Made by a program: the position numbers and the translations under genes. Shown one piece after another: positions 38,351 through 51,745 of a stretch of DNA of 64,000 bases. The notes beneath the pieces are model-generated. The model did no database searches. It saw nothing but the letters and a program-made list of their open reading frames with translations, and had not been told where the DNA came from. How positions within the stretch are numbered: position 1 is the stretch's first letter; every line of letters begins with the position of its first letter. This DNA is from the human T2T-CHM13v2.0 reference genome, Homo sapiens. Where the stretch lies: assembly GCF_009914755.1 (NCBI RefSeq), contig NC_060935.1, one strand, 5' to 3'.

Positions 38351-39088
38351 GCTAGATGCAAGGGGCATGCAGAAGGAGAGCCAAACTGCTGCTCGACTCA
38401 TCATCCACGCAGTGTGAGTCTCGAGCCTTCCAAGGCTGACCCTCTTTTCCCCGCCATTCTGTTAATTGAGCCACCCGTGCCAACTCCTGAAATGCAAGGA
38501 CAGTCTTGTCAGCAGGGGAAGGCACCTTGCACCTCTTAGCCAAATGCGGCACAACTTTAAACCGATTAATAAAACTCTTAAAAGGATAATATTGTTGGGC
38601 AAAGTGCTAAGGTTTCCTGCTTTCGCTTGGGTTGTATTTTTATTAAGCTGTAAGCCTTGTTCTGAAAAAGAGAGAGGGGGAAGAGGGAGTGAGAAACAGA
38701 GACTTTTATAGCCTGCAGCCTCTTGTTTGCAGATTATTTTCCAAAGATGCTCAGTAGAATATCAATTGCCTGTGATTAGAAGTCCTGCCCGGTACTACCT
38801 TGAACAGAAGAGGCTTTAGAAGTGAAAGCAGTTCCTCAGAGAAGCCACACATTTTAGTCTTGGAAAAATCTCTCAGCTGGAATTTGACCCTCAAGGTGGT
38901 CAGAGCTAGGATGTGGGGGTGGAGCTTAGGGGGTTGGGTGTAAGCTGGGGAGATGGGCACGTTTGGAAGCTCCCGTTCTATTTCACCTAAGGAACATGTC
39001 TTTTCCTCATCACCAGAGAGACCCTGTGGGGGACTGGGGAAGAGAGGGGCTGGGAGATGCTTGGTGGGAAACCTAAAAAAACCCTAGA

Positions 39089-39375
39089 GGCCGGGCACAG
39101 TGGCTCACGCATGTAATTCCAGCACTTAGAGAGGTCAAGGTGGATCACTTGAGGTCAGAAGTTTGAGACCAGCCTGGCCAACATGGTGAAACCCCTTCTC
39201 TACTAAAAATACAAAAATTAGCCGGGCGTGATGGCACACACCCGTGATCCCGGCTACTTGGGAGGCTGAGGCAGGGCAATGGCTTGAACCTGGGAGGCAG
39301 AGTTTGGCAGTGAGGCAAGATTGCACCACTGCACTCCAGCCTGGGCAATAGAGCAAGAATCTGTCTGAAAAAAAA
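39089..39375 (+). mobile_element. AluSx-like
   Basis: Full-length Alu 'ggccgggcacagtggctcac...gagaccagcctggccaacatggtgaaacccc'; AAAA..CTAGAG on both flanks. Confidence 0.93.
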
Positions 39376-40779
39376 GACCCAAAAATCTAGAGTCTGGCCA
39401 GAGATACCTGGGAAAGCTCTGACCTGGAAAGCCTAAAAGACGTGTCCTATTGGAAGCATTGCTGCTCAGGGCCCATCCTGTTAACTCTTCCAGTTCATGA
39501 GGAATACAACTTACCACAAACATTAAAAAATCTTCTTTCCATTTTAATAAATAGTGATAATTTCTAAATGGAAGTATGAGCCTGCATCAGCTCAGTTGTG
39601 TAAATGTTAAAGTCCTGCGTCTTTCTTCCCCAAATTATTTCACAAAGATGCTACTTGAATCCATTCCACTTGCCCATCAAAATGAGAAGATGGCACCAGT
39701 GAAGGCAGAACAGATGGGAGAGATGGAACATCACCTGGGTTCCCAGGGACCCAAATTCTTACAGACATTTGTAGTGACAGAGGTGCAATCATAGCACATG
39801 GTATGTGCCCAGTAATTACTTGCTGAATAAATAAATTCATAAACAGTAATGATGGCATCCTTATTATTACTACTAGAGCATAGCAAACACTACTGAAACC
39901 GCATCATCAGCTGAGAGCACAGTCCTATGTGTTTTACATATAGTAAGTCACAGAATCCTCTCGACAGCCGAAGGAGGAAAATTCTCTCTGTTTCAGTGGT
40001 AAGGAAAGTAAGTTCAATTTGCCTAAATCATTATTAATTATTCATAAATGAACTATCCTCCAATCATAAACAGTAAACAAAAAAGATGTGGCAAAAGTGG
40101 CCAGCATCTCTAGGGCATTGACCACATACCGGGCTCAGTCCTGGACTATACCTCAGTAAATCTTCACAGTCCTCTTGCAAGACAGTGAATATTAGATCCA
40201 TTCTACAGAGAAAGAAACTCACTGACCTGTTAACCTTCACTTGATATGGTATTGTCATTTCACAAGTGGGGAAGCTAAGGCTTAGAAAAGCTAAGCTCTT
40301 TGCCCAAAGTCACATTGCAAATGCCAGGAGTTAGATTCTAGCCTAGAAAAGAAGAGTGAGAAATTCTCCTAGTCTCATATGACGTCATAGCAACTGTCCA
40401 TCTAGAGACCTTTGCATAGTTTTGATTGGTCAGATGTGAAAAGAGGGTAGTCTTCCCCCAACACAGGCTGCACCCACACTTCTCATGGGAGTCTTTCAAC
40501 ACCACCACTGAGACAATCCAACATGGTGGGAAGAGATTTCTTCTGCACATACTGGGCCTAGAATCCACAGCCTAGGTCCACTCACCTCTCTGATGGTTTC
40601 TCATTCCACCACGGCCAGTTGAGTATGGAGCACCAGCACGCATTCAAAGTCAGCCTTGCTAATTAGAATATGAGGGGGCCTTAGTAATGTTGGGGAGGAT
40701 TACAAATATATCAGTTCACATTACTGAGCTTGGCCCAGCTGTATACTTAATAGCTCCCAGATGCTCTCTCTCTCTCTTT

Positions 40780-41380
40780 TTCAACAGCTTTATAGAGATA
40801 CAATTCCAGAACATATCATTCACCTGTTTGAAGTATCCACACACTTGGCTTTTAGTATATCCATAGAATTTTGCATCCATTACTGCAATCAACTTTAGAA
40901 CATTTTCGTTATCCAGAAAGAAACCCTGAATTCCTTAGGCATCTACTCCTGAATCCTACCGTTGCTCCAGTCCTAGGCAACCCCTAATCTGCTTTCTTTT
41001 TATTGCTGTTTTTGTTTTCGTTTTCATTTTTTTTTTTTTTTGAGACAGAGTTTCGCTCTCGTCACCCAGGCTGGTGTGCAATGGCACAATCTTGGCTCAC
41101 TGCAACCTCTGACTCCCGGGTTCAAGTGATTCTTCTGCCTCAGCCTCCTGAGTAGCTGAGATTACAGGTGTCCACCACTATGCCTGGCTAATTTTTGTAT
41201 GTTTTAGTAGAGACAGGGTTTAACCATGTTGGCCAGGCTGGTCTCGAACTCCTGACCTCAGGTGATCCACTTGCCTTGGCCTCCCAAAGTGCTGGGTTTA
41301 CAGGCGTAAGCCACTGTGCCTGGCCCCTAATCTGCTTTCTGTCTTTATAAATTTACCTGTCCTGGACATTTCATATGTCT
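40780..41380 (-). mobile_element. L1MB 3' end, interrupted by Alu
   Basis: 'aacagctttatagagatacaattc...agaacattttc...cctaggcaacccctaatctgctttct|gtctttataaatttacctgtcctggacatttcata'. Confidence 0.8.
40998..41325 (-). mobile_element. AluSx/Sq-like
   Basis: Full-length; perfect 15-bp TSD CCTAATCTGCTTTCT at 40983-40997 and 41326-41340. Confidence 0.95.
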
Positions 41381-41434
41381 TTTAATGACATTTTTTATTC
41401 CTACTTTTACACTCAGGTTTTTCTCTATCTTAAC

Positions 41435-41902
<468 letters not shown>

Positions 41903-42024
41903 TAGGAGCTTGTCTTTTTCTTTTAATTTCTGCATTCTTCCCAGATATCATTTATTCTGTCTATATCAGTCTTCCTTTTCCTCTGGTCTTTGCTCTTAAG
42001 ACTTCTAAGTCTGTGCTCCCATAA

Positions 42025-42180
42025 CTGAAAACTGCACAGAATCACTCGAAGCTTATTGAAAAGGCAGATTCTTGGACCTCAGCTTCAGAGGCCTTCATTC
42101 AGTTCATGGGAATCAGCATTATTTGTAAGGCCCCCAGGAAGTTCTGAAGTGGGTGGTCCTTTGATTTCACTTTGTAAAGC
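42025..42180. mobile_element. MER5-like hAT-Charlie
   Basis: 'gaatcactcgaagcttattgaaaaggcagattcttggacc...cccccaggaagttctgaagtgggtggtcc'. Confidence 0.6.
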
Positions 42181-42422
42181 TCTAACTGTCCTCTAGTAAT
42201 ACTCCTCGGCCGCGTTCCAGGAACATTCTCCATTCCTTGGTTCTGGCTCTGCTCTAGAATTGATTCACAAATCCTAAAATTTTCTAAAACCTAGAAGCAA
42301 TAAATGAACCTTGAAAGAGATGCTTTTAGAACAAATTAAAAGGAGTGACTTAGTAGATCACAAATTGGTAGAGTGTTTACCCGTAGGAAACAGTGCAGGC
42401 TATAATAATAATTCAAAAACAA

Positions 42423-42734
<312 letters not shown>

Positions 42735-42879
42735 TTATTCAGTAAACAGAATTGCCTATTACATGCTAGGCACTGCAGACTCAGAAAGGAACAAGAATCA
42801 TACACCCCTGGCTCTCCAGAGGGAAGAGAGTGGCGGAGAAGACAGCCATGGAAGAGCTGATTAAGGCAGCATGGCAGTG

Positions 42880-43075
42880 CAGAGTGGTAGTTAAGAGCAA
42901 TGGCTTTCCAGCCAGTTGTGCTGAATCCCAGTTCTGCTGTGCGGCCTCGGGCAAGTCACTTAGCTGCTCTGTGCCTCAAATTATTGATTTGAAATGGGGA
43001 TAATAGTGGCTCCTCATGGCATTGCTGTGAGAAGTGCTTCAGACAAGGAGGTGCTCAGGAAGTATTAACTATTAG
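42880..43075 (+). mobile_element. MIR
   Basis: 'gaatcccagttctgc...cgggcaagtcacttagctgctctgtgcctca...aaatggggataatag'. Confidence 0.8.
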
Positions 43076-46000
43076 GTAACTAATTAACCATGCTTTTTTA
43101 TAAATGCTGGAGTTGGGGAGGGGAAGTGCAGTTAGTAGCTTGGCCGGAGCTGCTCACTTGGTCTGAAAGACTCTGATGAAGTGACATTGCAGTGGCTCCA
43201 AGCGCCGTACTTGACGATTTACATATATTAACACGAATCCCCAAAATCCTGTAGAGTAGGTATTATGCCTGTGTTAATCTACCCAGGAGAAAACTGAGCT
43301 TTCCAGGAAGTTTAAGCATCTTGCCCAAGGTCATAGAACTGGAAATGGCGCCAGCTCCCAGGCAAGCTCTTAGCATGACAGGCCAGCAAAGATGCAATTC
43401 TGGGAGGAAAGCTCCATTATTAGTTATTGGGGGAAACCAAAACATTTTAAAATAACTGTGCCCTCTCACAGGCTGCCTCTTGGCACCACAGTCAAAGAAG
43501 AATGCTGAGCTGGAAAAACGTTGTGTTTAGGGAGACAATTCTTCTGTCCTTCTGTTTATGTTCTTTGTTAAAGAGCACGGTGTAAAAAGACAAAAGAGAT
43601 GTCGGATTTCCTTCTCTGAAACAGATCCCACAGCACAGAAGGCTGCAGTCTGAATCCTGTACTATTTAATTAAGGCAATACAGGACTTGTCCTTTCAGAA
43701 CTAGGTCACAAGTGTGCCTCAGCACAGAGACTCCTTTTTGGTAATATGGGCTTTGGGAGGAAGAGAGCACATATGAAAAAAAGTGAAATCTGTCTTCCAA
43801 GATACCAGCTTTCTGTCTTGGGCAGGGTACAGTGGGCTAGGCGAACAATTTGAAACAACAACCACAGCAATCTGAGACCCTGGTTGGGCCAATTTAAAAG
43901 AAATTTGACCCATGCTCAGACATTTCATAAACTCCCATTGAAATGCACAAAAACATGCACATCAGGTCAACCCACGGTGCTTGGCTGGTGGGTCAGTGTG
44001 TAGCCGGGTGCCCTCTCGCATGCAGAGAAGGACATAGGCACACACAGGGCAGCCTTTCTCTTTCAGAAAGGATATCACTGGCCACAGTGCTTCCTAGGGA
44101 GGCCACGGGGTCAGACCATCAGAGGTGCCCTGATGTACAAGGGGAGCCTGGCTAAAAGGTACAGTGATCTGTGACAAGATTCCCATCCCAGAACCCAGGA
44201 TCCTTCTGATACAGAGAACAATTTAAGATATTTGCCCCCTAAGGACACTCTTAGGCATTATTCTTCTCCAGAATTAAAAGAACCAAAACTGGACCATCCG
44301 TGACTCCTGTCCCAATCTTCCCATCCAGGCTGGATGTTACCATTTTCCCCATCCCTGCTTCCTTCCCTTTGTCTTCCTTTACCTGGCTATGCCTTTTGAC
44401 CTTTGGTGTGACAAATTTCAGCTGCCACTAATGTTCATGTAGAGCATGTTTCTCTTTCCCTTGGATGACTGTGCGCGCATTGAAAGACTTTGCAGAGACG
44501 GCTCCCTGAATAGAAATGCATGCCAGACAAACAACGCGAGCAGCTCAGACATCCCCACAGAGGCTCTGGGAGCTTAAAAAGCCCACGTCACCCTAGAAAA
44601 GAGGCTATTAAGGTGTGGCGTGATTTGCACTTTCAGGCAGAAGCTTTTTAAGCTGCTGCAGAGCCCAATCACAGGGAGATGAAGACTTCAGTTTCTCAAG
44701 ATATGCAACTCTTCTGCTGATGAAGGAGAATGTTCCCGGGTGCAGGTGGAGTGAGAACGGGTTCCTGGCACACATTCAGCAACCTGGTGAGGAGAGCTCG
44801 GACCATGTCGCCGTCACCTCTTGTCTGTCTGCTCCCCATTTCCCTGCAGCCTCCAGAGCCAGCATAAGGGGCTGGAGAGGAGGCTCAGGACCATGTAAAG
44901 ATCTCAGTGGAGCTGAGCAGAACACCACTGACTCTGCACTCCCTCCTCTTGACAAGGCCCTGGAGAATCCCTAAACAAGAAGCAGTAGCAGCCGAAGCCC
45001 AGGAGCATGTGCTGGAGAGGGTTTGGGAGCAACTGGTAAAGTCTGACCTGCTGCCCGGAGCCCATGTCATCTTCTATCATTCCTAGGAGGAAAATTAGAC
45101 CCAGAAGCCTGGCTTTGGAACAGGGAAGACTGGGGTTTACATTTTGGCTCTGCTTATTTGTCATTGTGTCCCTAAGCCACAGTTTGCTCATTTGCAAGAT
45201 TTCTGTTTTTCAATACTGTAGAAAGGAACAGATGAAAAGTCTTGCATAAAGTGCCTCACAGTAGAAAACCAACATAAACTAGCCTATGTGATATTTTCAA
45301 ATGGCAAGAAAACGAAGACAGGGACTCCCAACCAGCAGGGGACAATTCAGTTCAACTGAAAGTAACTTCAGTTTTCTCCCATTGTTGGGTAGAAACAGAA
45401 TTTCTACTCTCTCTCAAAGTCTTACCCGGTAGGTGACCACCTCTCCCAGGCACATCCCGCTCCTCCAAGGCCTCGTCTTCTGAAACAGTTCCCCCTCCTA
45501 TGATTGCCGGGGAGAAGCTGGAAGAAAAAGAAATAGAGATTATTTTCGTTAACAAGTGCCTTCTATCCAGATGACATTTTTCTGCTCCCAAATCTCTCCT
45601 GAATTGGAGTCGTACCCCGTACTGTCTCTCCATGGAAAGATCGGGCCCTTTCTCTTGAAGAGTGAGAAACTGAAGGCAGGCTACTCAGTCATCTCTCGAG
45701 TTGGTGACCAAAATGTGCCTGTCCCCACATGGATTTCTTCTAGGGGGCTGGAGCACTGTCCACCTGCGGGCACTGGAATCTCCAGGAGTTTCTTCTTTTG
45801 CTCACCAGACACAGCCCCATCACATGAGCCACAGCAGCCTCATGCTAGCTTAGGGGATAAAGGCCTGCAGGCTCTTTTCCTTATTTTTAAAGCAAATTGC
45901 TCTATTCCCTCTCATGGCTTCAGCACGTGGGTGTTGGGGAGGAGTTCGGCTGTGCAGGTGTGGGAGCTAGACGCCCAGTGTGGTGTCTGGGGAGGGTTGA

Positions 46001-46919
46001 TGGACAGCAGCTCTAACGTGCTTAGAGAGTCAAGGCTGGCTCGGCCTTTGGAAATCCAAATAATCTTTAAATGCCAACTTTATGCTTCATAGTTATAGTG
46101 AACCATTCAGGGGTGGCTGCAATTCAGGAAATGATATCACTGCACTCCCCAGTCCAGTTAGTGACCCATTAGCTAAAAGCTGCCCTGAGTGTCCACAAGC
46201 CCCCATTCTCAAAGCCCCCTCAGGTGCCCCACTCCCTTTAATTCTTTCAACATCTAGGAAAAAGGCGTTGTTCATACTCTATTTTACAGAGGCATAAATT
46301 GAGACCCAGATGGTGGTGATGTGACTTGTCCCAGGTTATGCAGTGTGTGAGGGGCTTTCAGAGTCCCAGGCCTAAGGTATCCCCACTGGGCTACACTGAC
46401 ACACTCAAGAAATGCAAACTAGAGTGTGTGTATGTGCTTGAGTGTGTGTGTGTGTGTGTGTGTGTCTACACATGCACCTTTACATTCACTTAGGTAGGGA
46501 TGGCTGGGATCCTGTCCAGTGATCTACAGTCAATGCCAGTCCCAGAGTTCCTTGGGTGAAGAAGAAAGAGAAGTTAGGAGAACAGTGGAAGGAAGAGGTG
46601 TGGCCTACACCTTGTAAAGGAAGCAATATTATTCCTCCTGGGAAGTCACTTGTCTCCCCAGGCTTTGAATGGAAAGCAGCCTCAAAGTCCCTTGGCATCG
46701 ACGGGGGCTGCTCCCTCCCCACTCCCCACTGTTACCTCTGGGAAGACCTATGCCTGGTGCTGAGGGGACCTTTGGGGCTATTTGAATAGCAGCAATCCTC
46801 CTGATTTGCTTCTCTCCAAAAAACCCCCTACTTGGCTGTGGCCTGAGCTCTCTCAGGCTTGGAAGAGACTTTAGACAGCAAGCACTTCAATCTATGTTTA
46901 GTGCAATAATCTCCTATTC

Positions 46920-47120
46920 AGCAGGAATTCTCAAAATTTTTCTCAGAAAACCAGTCCGTTTGGATGACTCTTTAATAAAATGGGGATAAAGGCTCCATAA
47001 TTCGCCAGTTTAGGAAATTGCTGGATACCTACCCTCCTCTGAAAGAGTCACAGTGAACTTCAGCATACAAAGGCTCTGAGAAGTCCTGCAACAAGGAAAC
47101 CAGTTTAACATTGTTAAATT
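46920..47120. mobile_element. hAT-Charlie fossil (MER103-like)
   Basis: 'aaaggctctgagaagtcctgcaacaaggaaaccagtttaac' matches the recalled MER103C core; starts with TIR-like 'caggaattctcaaa'. Confidence 0.55.
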
Positions 47121-48654
47121 ATGGTAAGACTAATAGGCTTTTATATAGACACACTTTAAACATCTTCTGTGACAGGGAGCCCCCCGTCACATTAAACCTT
47201 TCTTCCAAAAGTACACTTACAGTATATGTCTTTGGGCCTATATATTTTAATTTCTCTTCTGGTTGAAATGTTTCTGGAGTATAAGAACTACATACCCTAT
47301 TATTTATATGGCAGTACACAACATATAGAGATGTTCAGTACTGCTCTTTCCAATAGGACATCTAAGGAAACCGAAGCATAGGAAGTGGCACAGTCTAACT
47401 GAGGAGCATAGTTAATGAAATTAGGGTGTTTTCTTGTTAGATCGCTATAACTTTTAGAGTTGAGATGACCGAATGGGAATCTACCTTTCTGCAATTCCCA
47501 GCCTGATCTTTCTACTTTCACTCTATTTCCTTCTACTGTTTAGCTGAATATCTTCAAGAAAGTAGTTTAATGGTAGGGAAGGGAGTGGAAATAATAAAAA
47601 TAATGGCTTATCCTTCCCCAATTCAAAAAGACTTCGAAGTGCAGATGATTTTTCACCTGCAGCGCTTGGATGGCATTTACCTCTAACGAACTAACATACT
47701 CTCCCTGGCTCCTGGAAGCTCCTGCTCTCTCCAGGCTCACTGGGTGCTCTGTGGATTCCAGATGAATTATCTCAAGTGGCAAATATACCTTAAAAGGAGC
47801 AGAAGTGCAATGCGTCTTCTAATACCAGGGTTAAAATTTCATTTTATTCCTTGTCTGATGCTATTCAGGACTGTTATCTTCCTTCGTGCTCAATAGGCAA
47901 TAGAAATATATATGTCGGCAGAAAGCCAGGCTCAGACACGGTATCTAGAGAAGGTGGGCTGGAAAAAGGGAGTCAGTATGATTTGTGCTCCCTTCCTTCC
48001 TCTCTGCTCCTACCAATTAGAGAAGGGAAGGACCCAGCCCCCAGACCATAAATAACAGCTCGCCCCTGAAGTAATATGGCTTTGCTCACATTGGCTGCAT
48101 ATTCTATAGGTTTGCATCCTTTTCAACTCTTCTCCAGCACAGCTGAACAAATACAAGAGGAAACAGCAGGATGTGGATATTTGAGGGCTCTTCTTTCAAA
48201 AGAACCAGGATTGGTCCATCTAAATGCACAGAAGATAAAGCTCTTCCTAGCATCCTCTTTCCTCCTTTTCTGGTTCCCCATTCCTTACTTCTTAGGGTCA
48301 CAGCCCTGACCTGCCTTCACCCATTGTCTTATACTTTTGCTCGATTCTCCACCCCCAAGATTATCAGAGCTTACCTGTCTTTCCGCTTCTTCCTTTCAAT
48401 GTTCTCTCAACTAGACACACTGGAGAGGCTCTAGTTCACACCAACCCTTCAACGACTGGCAAAGACTGCCTCCATGTAAACATAAGAAAATGCCTAACTC
48501 AAAAGAAAAATATAATCTCTAATGGTAGATTCACATAGGAGAGCTCATGAGAATAGTTTCCAAGACCCTTCCAAGAATGGCCAAAGGGCATCTGCCTGCA
48601 TCAAATTTGATAATAAGATGATCCCTGACGTAAATAATAACATAATCATTAATG

Positions 48655-49130
48655 GCAAAGTTTCTGGAGTCTGACTACCTGGATTGAATCTTGGCTCTGT
48701 CAGTTTCTTACTGTGTGACCCTGAGGAACTTCTTAATTTTTTTCCACAAAATGTGGTGCAATAATATCACCAATGATATGGTTATTGCAAGATTAAATAA
48801 GTTAATCTTTGCAAATGTTTAGCACTGTGCCTAGCCCATTGTAAATACTCAAAAATATTACCTCTCAATACATGGATACTAAGATAAAGTCATGTGGTAT
48901 ACAGGCACATTTCAAGGACTTTGGGGTCAATAAAACTTGAGTTTGAATTTTGGCTCTTCTGATTACTGGCTGTGTGATCACAGCCAATTTATTTAACCTC
49001 CTTTTAGCATCAGTTTCCTCATTGGTAAACAGGAATAATTGCATTTCCCTCATTAACACTGTTGTGAAGGTTGAAGAAATCATGTATTTGAACATACCTT
49101 GTAGCTAGAAGGCATCAATAAATATTTGAG
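48655..49130 (+). mobile_element. Two tandem MIRs
   Basis: 'ctggagtctgactacctgga..gaatcttggctctg..tgtgtgacc' (~48660-48860) and 'gagtttgaattttggctc..ggctgtgtga..catcagtttcctcat' (~48915-49130). Confidence 0.8.
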
Positions 49131-49398
49131 GATGGGGAAAACATCCTCTGAGCAGATAGCTTGAAAAAAATGACAAGGATTCTTTGGGGCATTTAGATGT
49201 GTGCATTTCAGTAATGGACTTACTTAGTCGCTCTGTCCTGAGGCTATCTATCAACTCTTATAGCACTTCTGTGAGGCACAGAGCAAATGTGGATAATGGT
49301 GTCTTGATTTTATTAACAAAGTGAGTGTCCCAAGAACCAGTCAATATAGCACAATCAAATACAACTCCAGACAGGCAGATTGCTTCCTTCCTCTAAAG

Positions 49399-49606
49399 CA
49401 GTAGTTTTCAAATTGTATTTTGCATTTCACTTTTTCAAGAAGGATCTAAAATAGGACATTATTATAATATATAAAATAGTAACATTTCTTGGAACGAAAG
49501 TGGCTAGAGTTGTGCCTGCTCTGTTTCTCCTTCATATCCCGCGGTGGTGTCTGCAGTACCTCTAAGGAAATCTAAGTCTCTGCAGGATGCAGCTTCAAAA
49601 CCAATG
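49399..49606. mobile_element. Non-autonomous hAT-Charlie element with 8-bp TSD
   Basis: Termini CAGTAGTTTTCAAATTG ... CAGCTTCAAAACCAATG (imperfect TIRs); CTCTAAAG at 49391-49398 and 49607-49614. Confidence 0.8.
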
Positions 49607-49689
49607 CTCTAAAGCCATGGAATTTTCTTCAGACTCTTACAGTGTGCAGTATGGATTAATAGTGATTTCCTACTGTCTTAGATTTATTA

Positions 49690-50155
49690 AGATTAAGTCA
49701 TGTCAGACAAACCTCATTTCCTACTTTGACAGTATTCTCCAGGGAAATGTAGTGAATTGGTATTTCAGGAAGGCATTTTACAAAGCCTTTTGTAATAGCT
49801 TTATTGCAATGACAAAGAAGTTTACACTGAATACCAGTAAAATTAAGTGTATTAGTAAGTAGATGAACAACTATAGCTAACAGGTACTGAACAACTAACT
49901 GATCAATGTCAAGCGGCAGGCTGCTAGGACACCTAGGACACTGGCTGTGTCCTGTATCATTAAATATCTCCATCAGCAAGTTGGATGAAGACATAGAGAT
50001 GACACTTATCAAATTTGTGCATGACATGAAATTGGGAGGAAAAGCAAATTTATCAGGTGATCGAATCCAGAAAGATCTTGTCAGGCTGACAGAATGGGCC
50101 ATATCTAAGATAATGGAATTTCACAGGGAAAAAATGCAATATTTTATAATTAGGT
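49690..50155 (+). mobile_element. CR1/L3 LINE reverse-transcriptase fossil
   Basis: Translations KSCQTNLISYFD...FRKAF and LCPVSLNISISKLDEDIEMTLIKFVHDMKLGG...IQKDLVRLTEWA...MEFHREKM align to CR1 RT (RSCLTNLISFFD..FSKAFD; LGPVLFNIFINDLD..KFADDTKLGG..IQRDLDRLEEWA..MKFN); frameshifted. Confidence 0.88.
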
Positions 50156-50459
50156 CCCCCAAGCAAATTATTCAAATATAGGTTTATGTCATATCTGATG
50201 TCAGATTCAGTTATGATCTATCTAACGGCAGGAAGTAGAGGCTCTTTGAAAGAGTCTTTCAGGTAGATTTGAGCAGTAGATAATGGGATAGAGAAAAAAG
50301 GCCAGTGCATTTAGGGACAAGGTGGATACCACAGGGGAGAGCTGCAGGGAAGTGGGGTGGGTCAGAGTGGGTAAGTATTCCAGTGAGAACAGAGACAGGG
50401 GAGCTACATACATAAAATAACTCTTTCATTCATTCTTTCTGAATATATTCATCATGAGG

Positions 50460-50690
50460 CCAGAGAGTATGGCTTTTAAGGGCATAGGCTCTAGACTCAA
50501 ACTATATGAAATTCAAAATTGGCTTTGTTACTTCCCAGCTGTGAACCCTTATGCAAGTTACTTAACTTCTCTGTGTCTCAATATCTGCATCTATGGACTA
50601 TATTTGTAACTATCTCCCTCATAGGGTGATGGTGAGGATCCAGTTCCCTTATGCTTATGTAGTATTTATTATTTTGACAGTTTTTCACTA
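50460..50690 (+). mobile_element. MIR
   Basis: 'cataggctctagactca...cagctgtgaacc...gcaagttacttaacttctctgtgtctca'. Confidence 0.8.
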
Positions 50691-51554
50691 AGTACACAGC
50701 CTGATTGAGGAGGAGGAATGAGATACATTACTTCTTGTGAAGAAAGGCTGATAAGGTTCAAGCAGAGTATCCCATGCAGGAGGTTCACAAGGCCTGGAAG
50801 CTTAGCAAGATAGTCACAGGAAAAAGACAGAAAGCCAGGAATCAGAACTGCATAACATGGAGGAAACCGGACTTGGGGACTAAAATAGAATTTAGGCAAT
50901 CAAAAGAAATGCAAGGTCTGAGTCCAGCTAACAATTGATGGGGAGCTTGAGGTGTTGGGCTGCTGTTCTTTAAATCTCTTGTGTTTGAGATCAGGATTGA
51001 TTACAGAGGCAAAATCAGGGTGGAGACTGCTGTAGGGTCACATGGACCCTGCTCTGAGGAGCAATGGGAAACAGAGGCTGGAAACTAGGAAGAGCCTCAC
51101 AGATTGGAGAAGCAGAGCTTAGTCATAGCAGGGCAGCAAAAGAAGACAGAGAGAAAACAAAACAAAGCAAAACAAAAACAGAAATATAAACTATCTGTTT
51201 TGCTGATTGTAAGTTTCCCACAAGTTACAAGAGTGAGGTTCCCTCTCCCTTTTATAGTATATAAAACAAAATATTCAAGAGTTCTGCATTACTGTAAACC
51301 AGTCAGGCAGTCCCCTAGAGTACTGTCTAATCATTGCATCCCATTTTTAAAAGGTTTGAGAGGCCCCACGTCGGCCTGGAGGATAATATTACAGGAGCCC
51401 ATAATATGTGAGCAAACAAAATAGAGCTTTTAATGTCCCTGTGGGGGAACCAAAGCCACGTCCATGCATGGGAGGAAGACCTCTTACAGTATTTGCAAGG
51501 CTATCTTCTGAAGGAAGAGTGGTTGATCCTTGCTCATTTTGCTGCCAAGGACCA

Positions 51555-51745
51555 GAGAATGGAAGCTCCAGGAAGAGAACTTTTACATCCAAAGTCAATG
51601 CAATGGCAGAGATGCAGGGCTTCACCTGGGGAAGGGCATACCTCCCACGGCTGGGAAAATGTGCTCAGGAGTATTCCAGCATTGCTTGAATGGGTTAGAT
51701 GGAAATGTTGAAAACCTTTCCCCAACATGGCATTCTATATTTCTA
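51555..51745 (+). mobile_element. Probable CR1/L3 3' end
   Basis: 'aggaagagaactttt', 'attccagcattg...gttagatg...aacctttccccaac...attctatattt' resemble the L3 terminus; highly diverged. Confidence 0.4.

Noticed and set aside
47168-47357. Two small hairpins (TGTGACAGGG/CCCCGTCACA; GCAGTAC/GTACTGC)
   Set aside because: Short imperfect stems compatible with chance; no known RNA family features.
49906-50181. Functional reverse transcriptase or domesticated gene
   Set aside because: Catalytic FADD is mutated to FVHD, upstream motifs lie in another frame with stops, and the domain is incomplete.
50730-51110. Possible old LTR between the MIR and the L3 3' end
   Set aside because: Purine-rich and LTR-like in feel, but I found no termini, TSD or recognisable consensus match.
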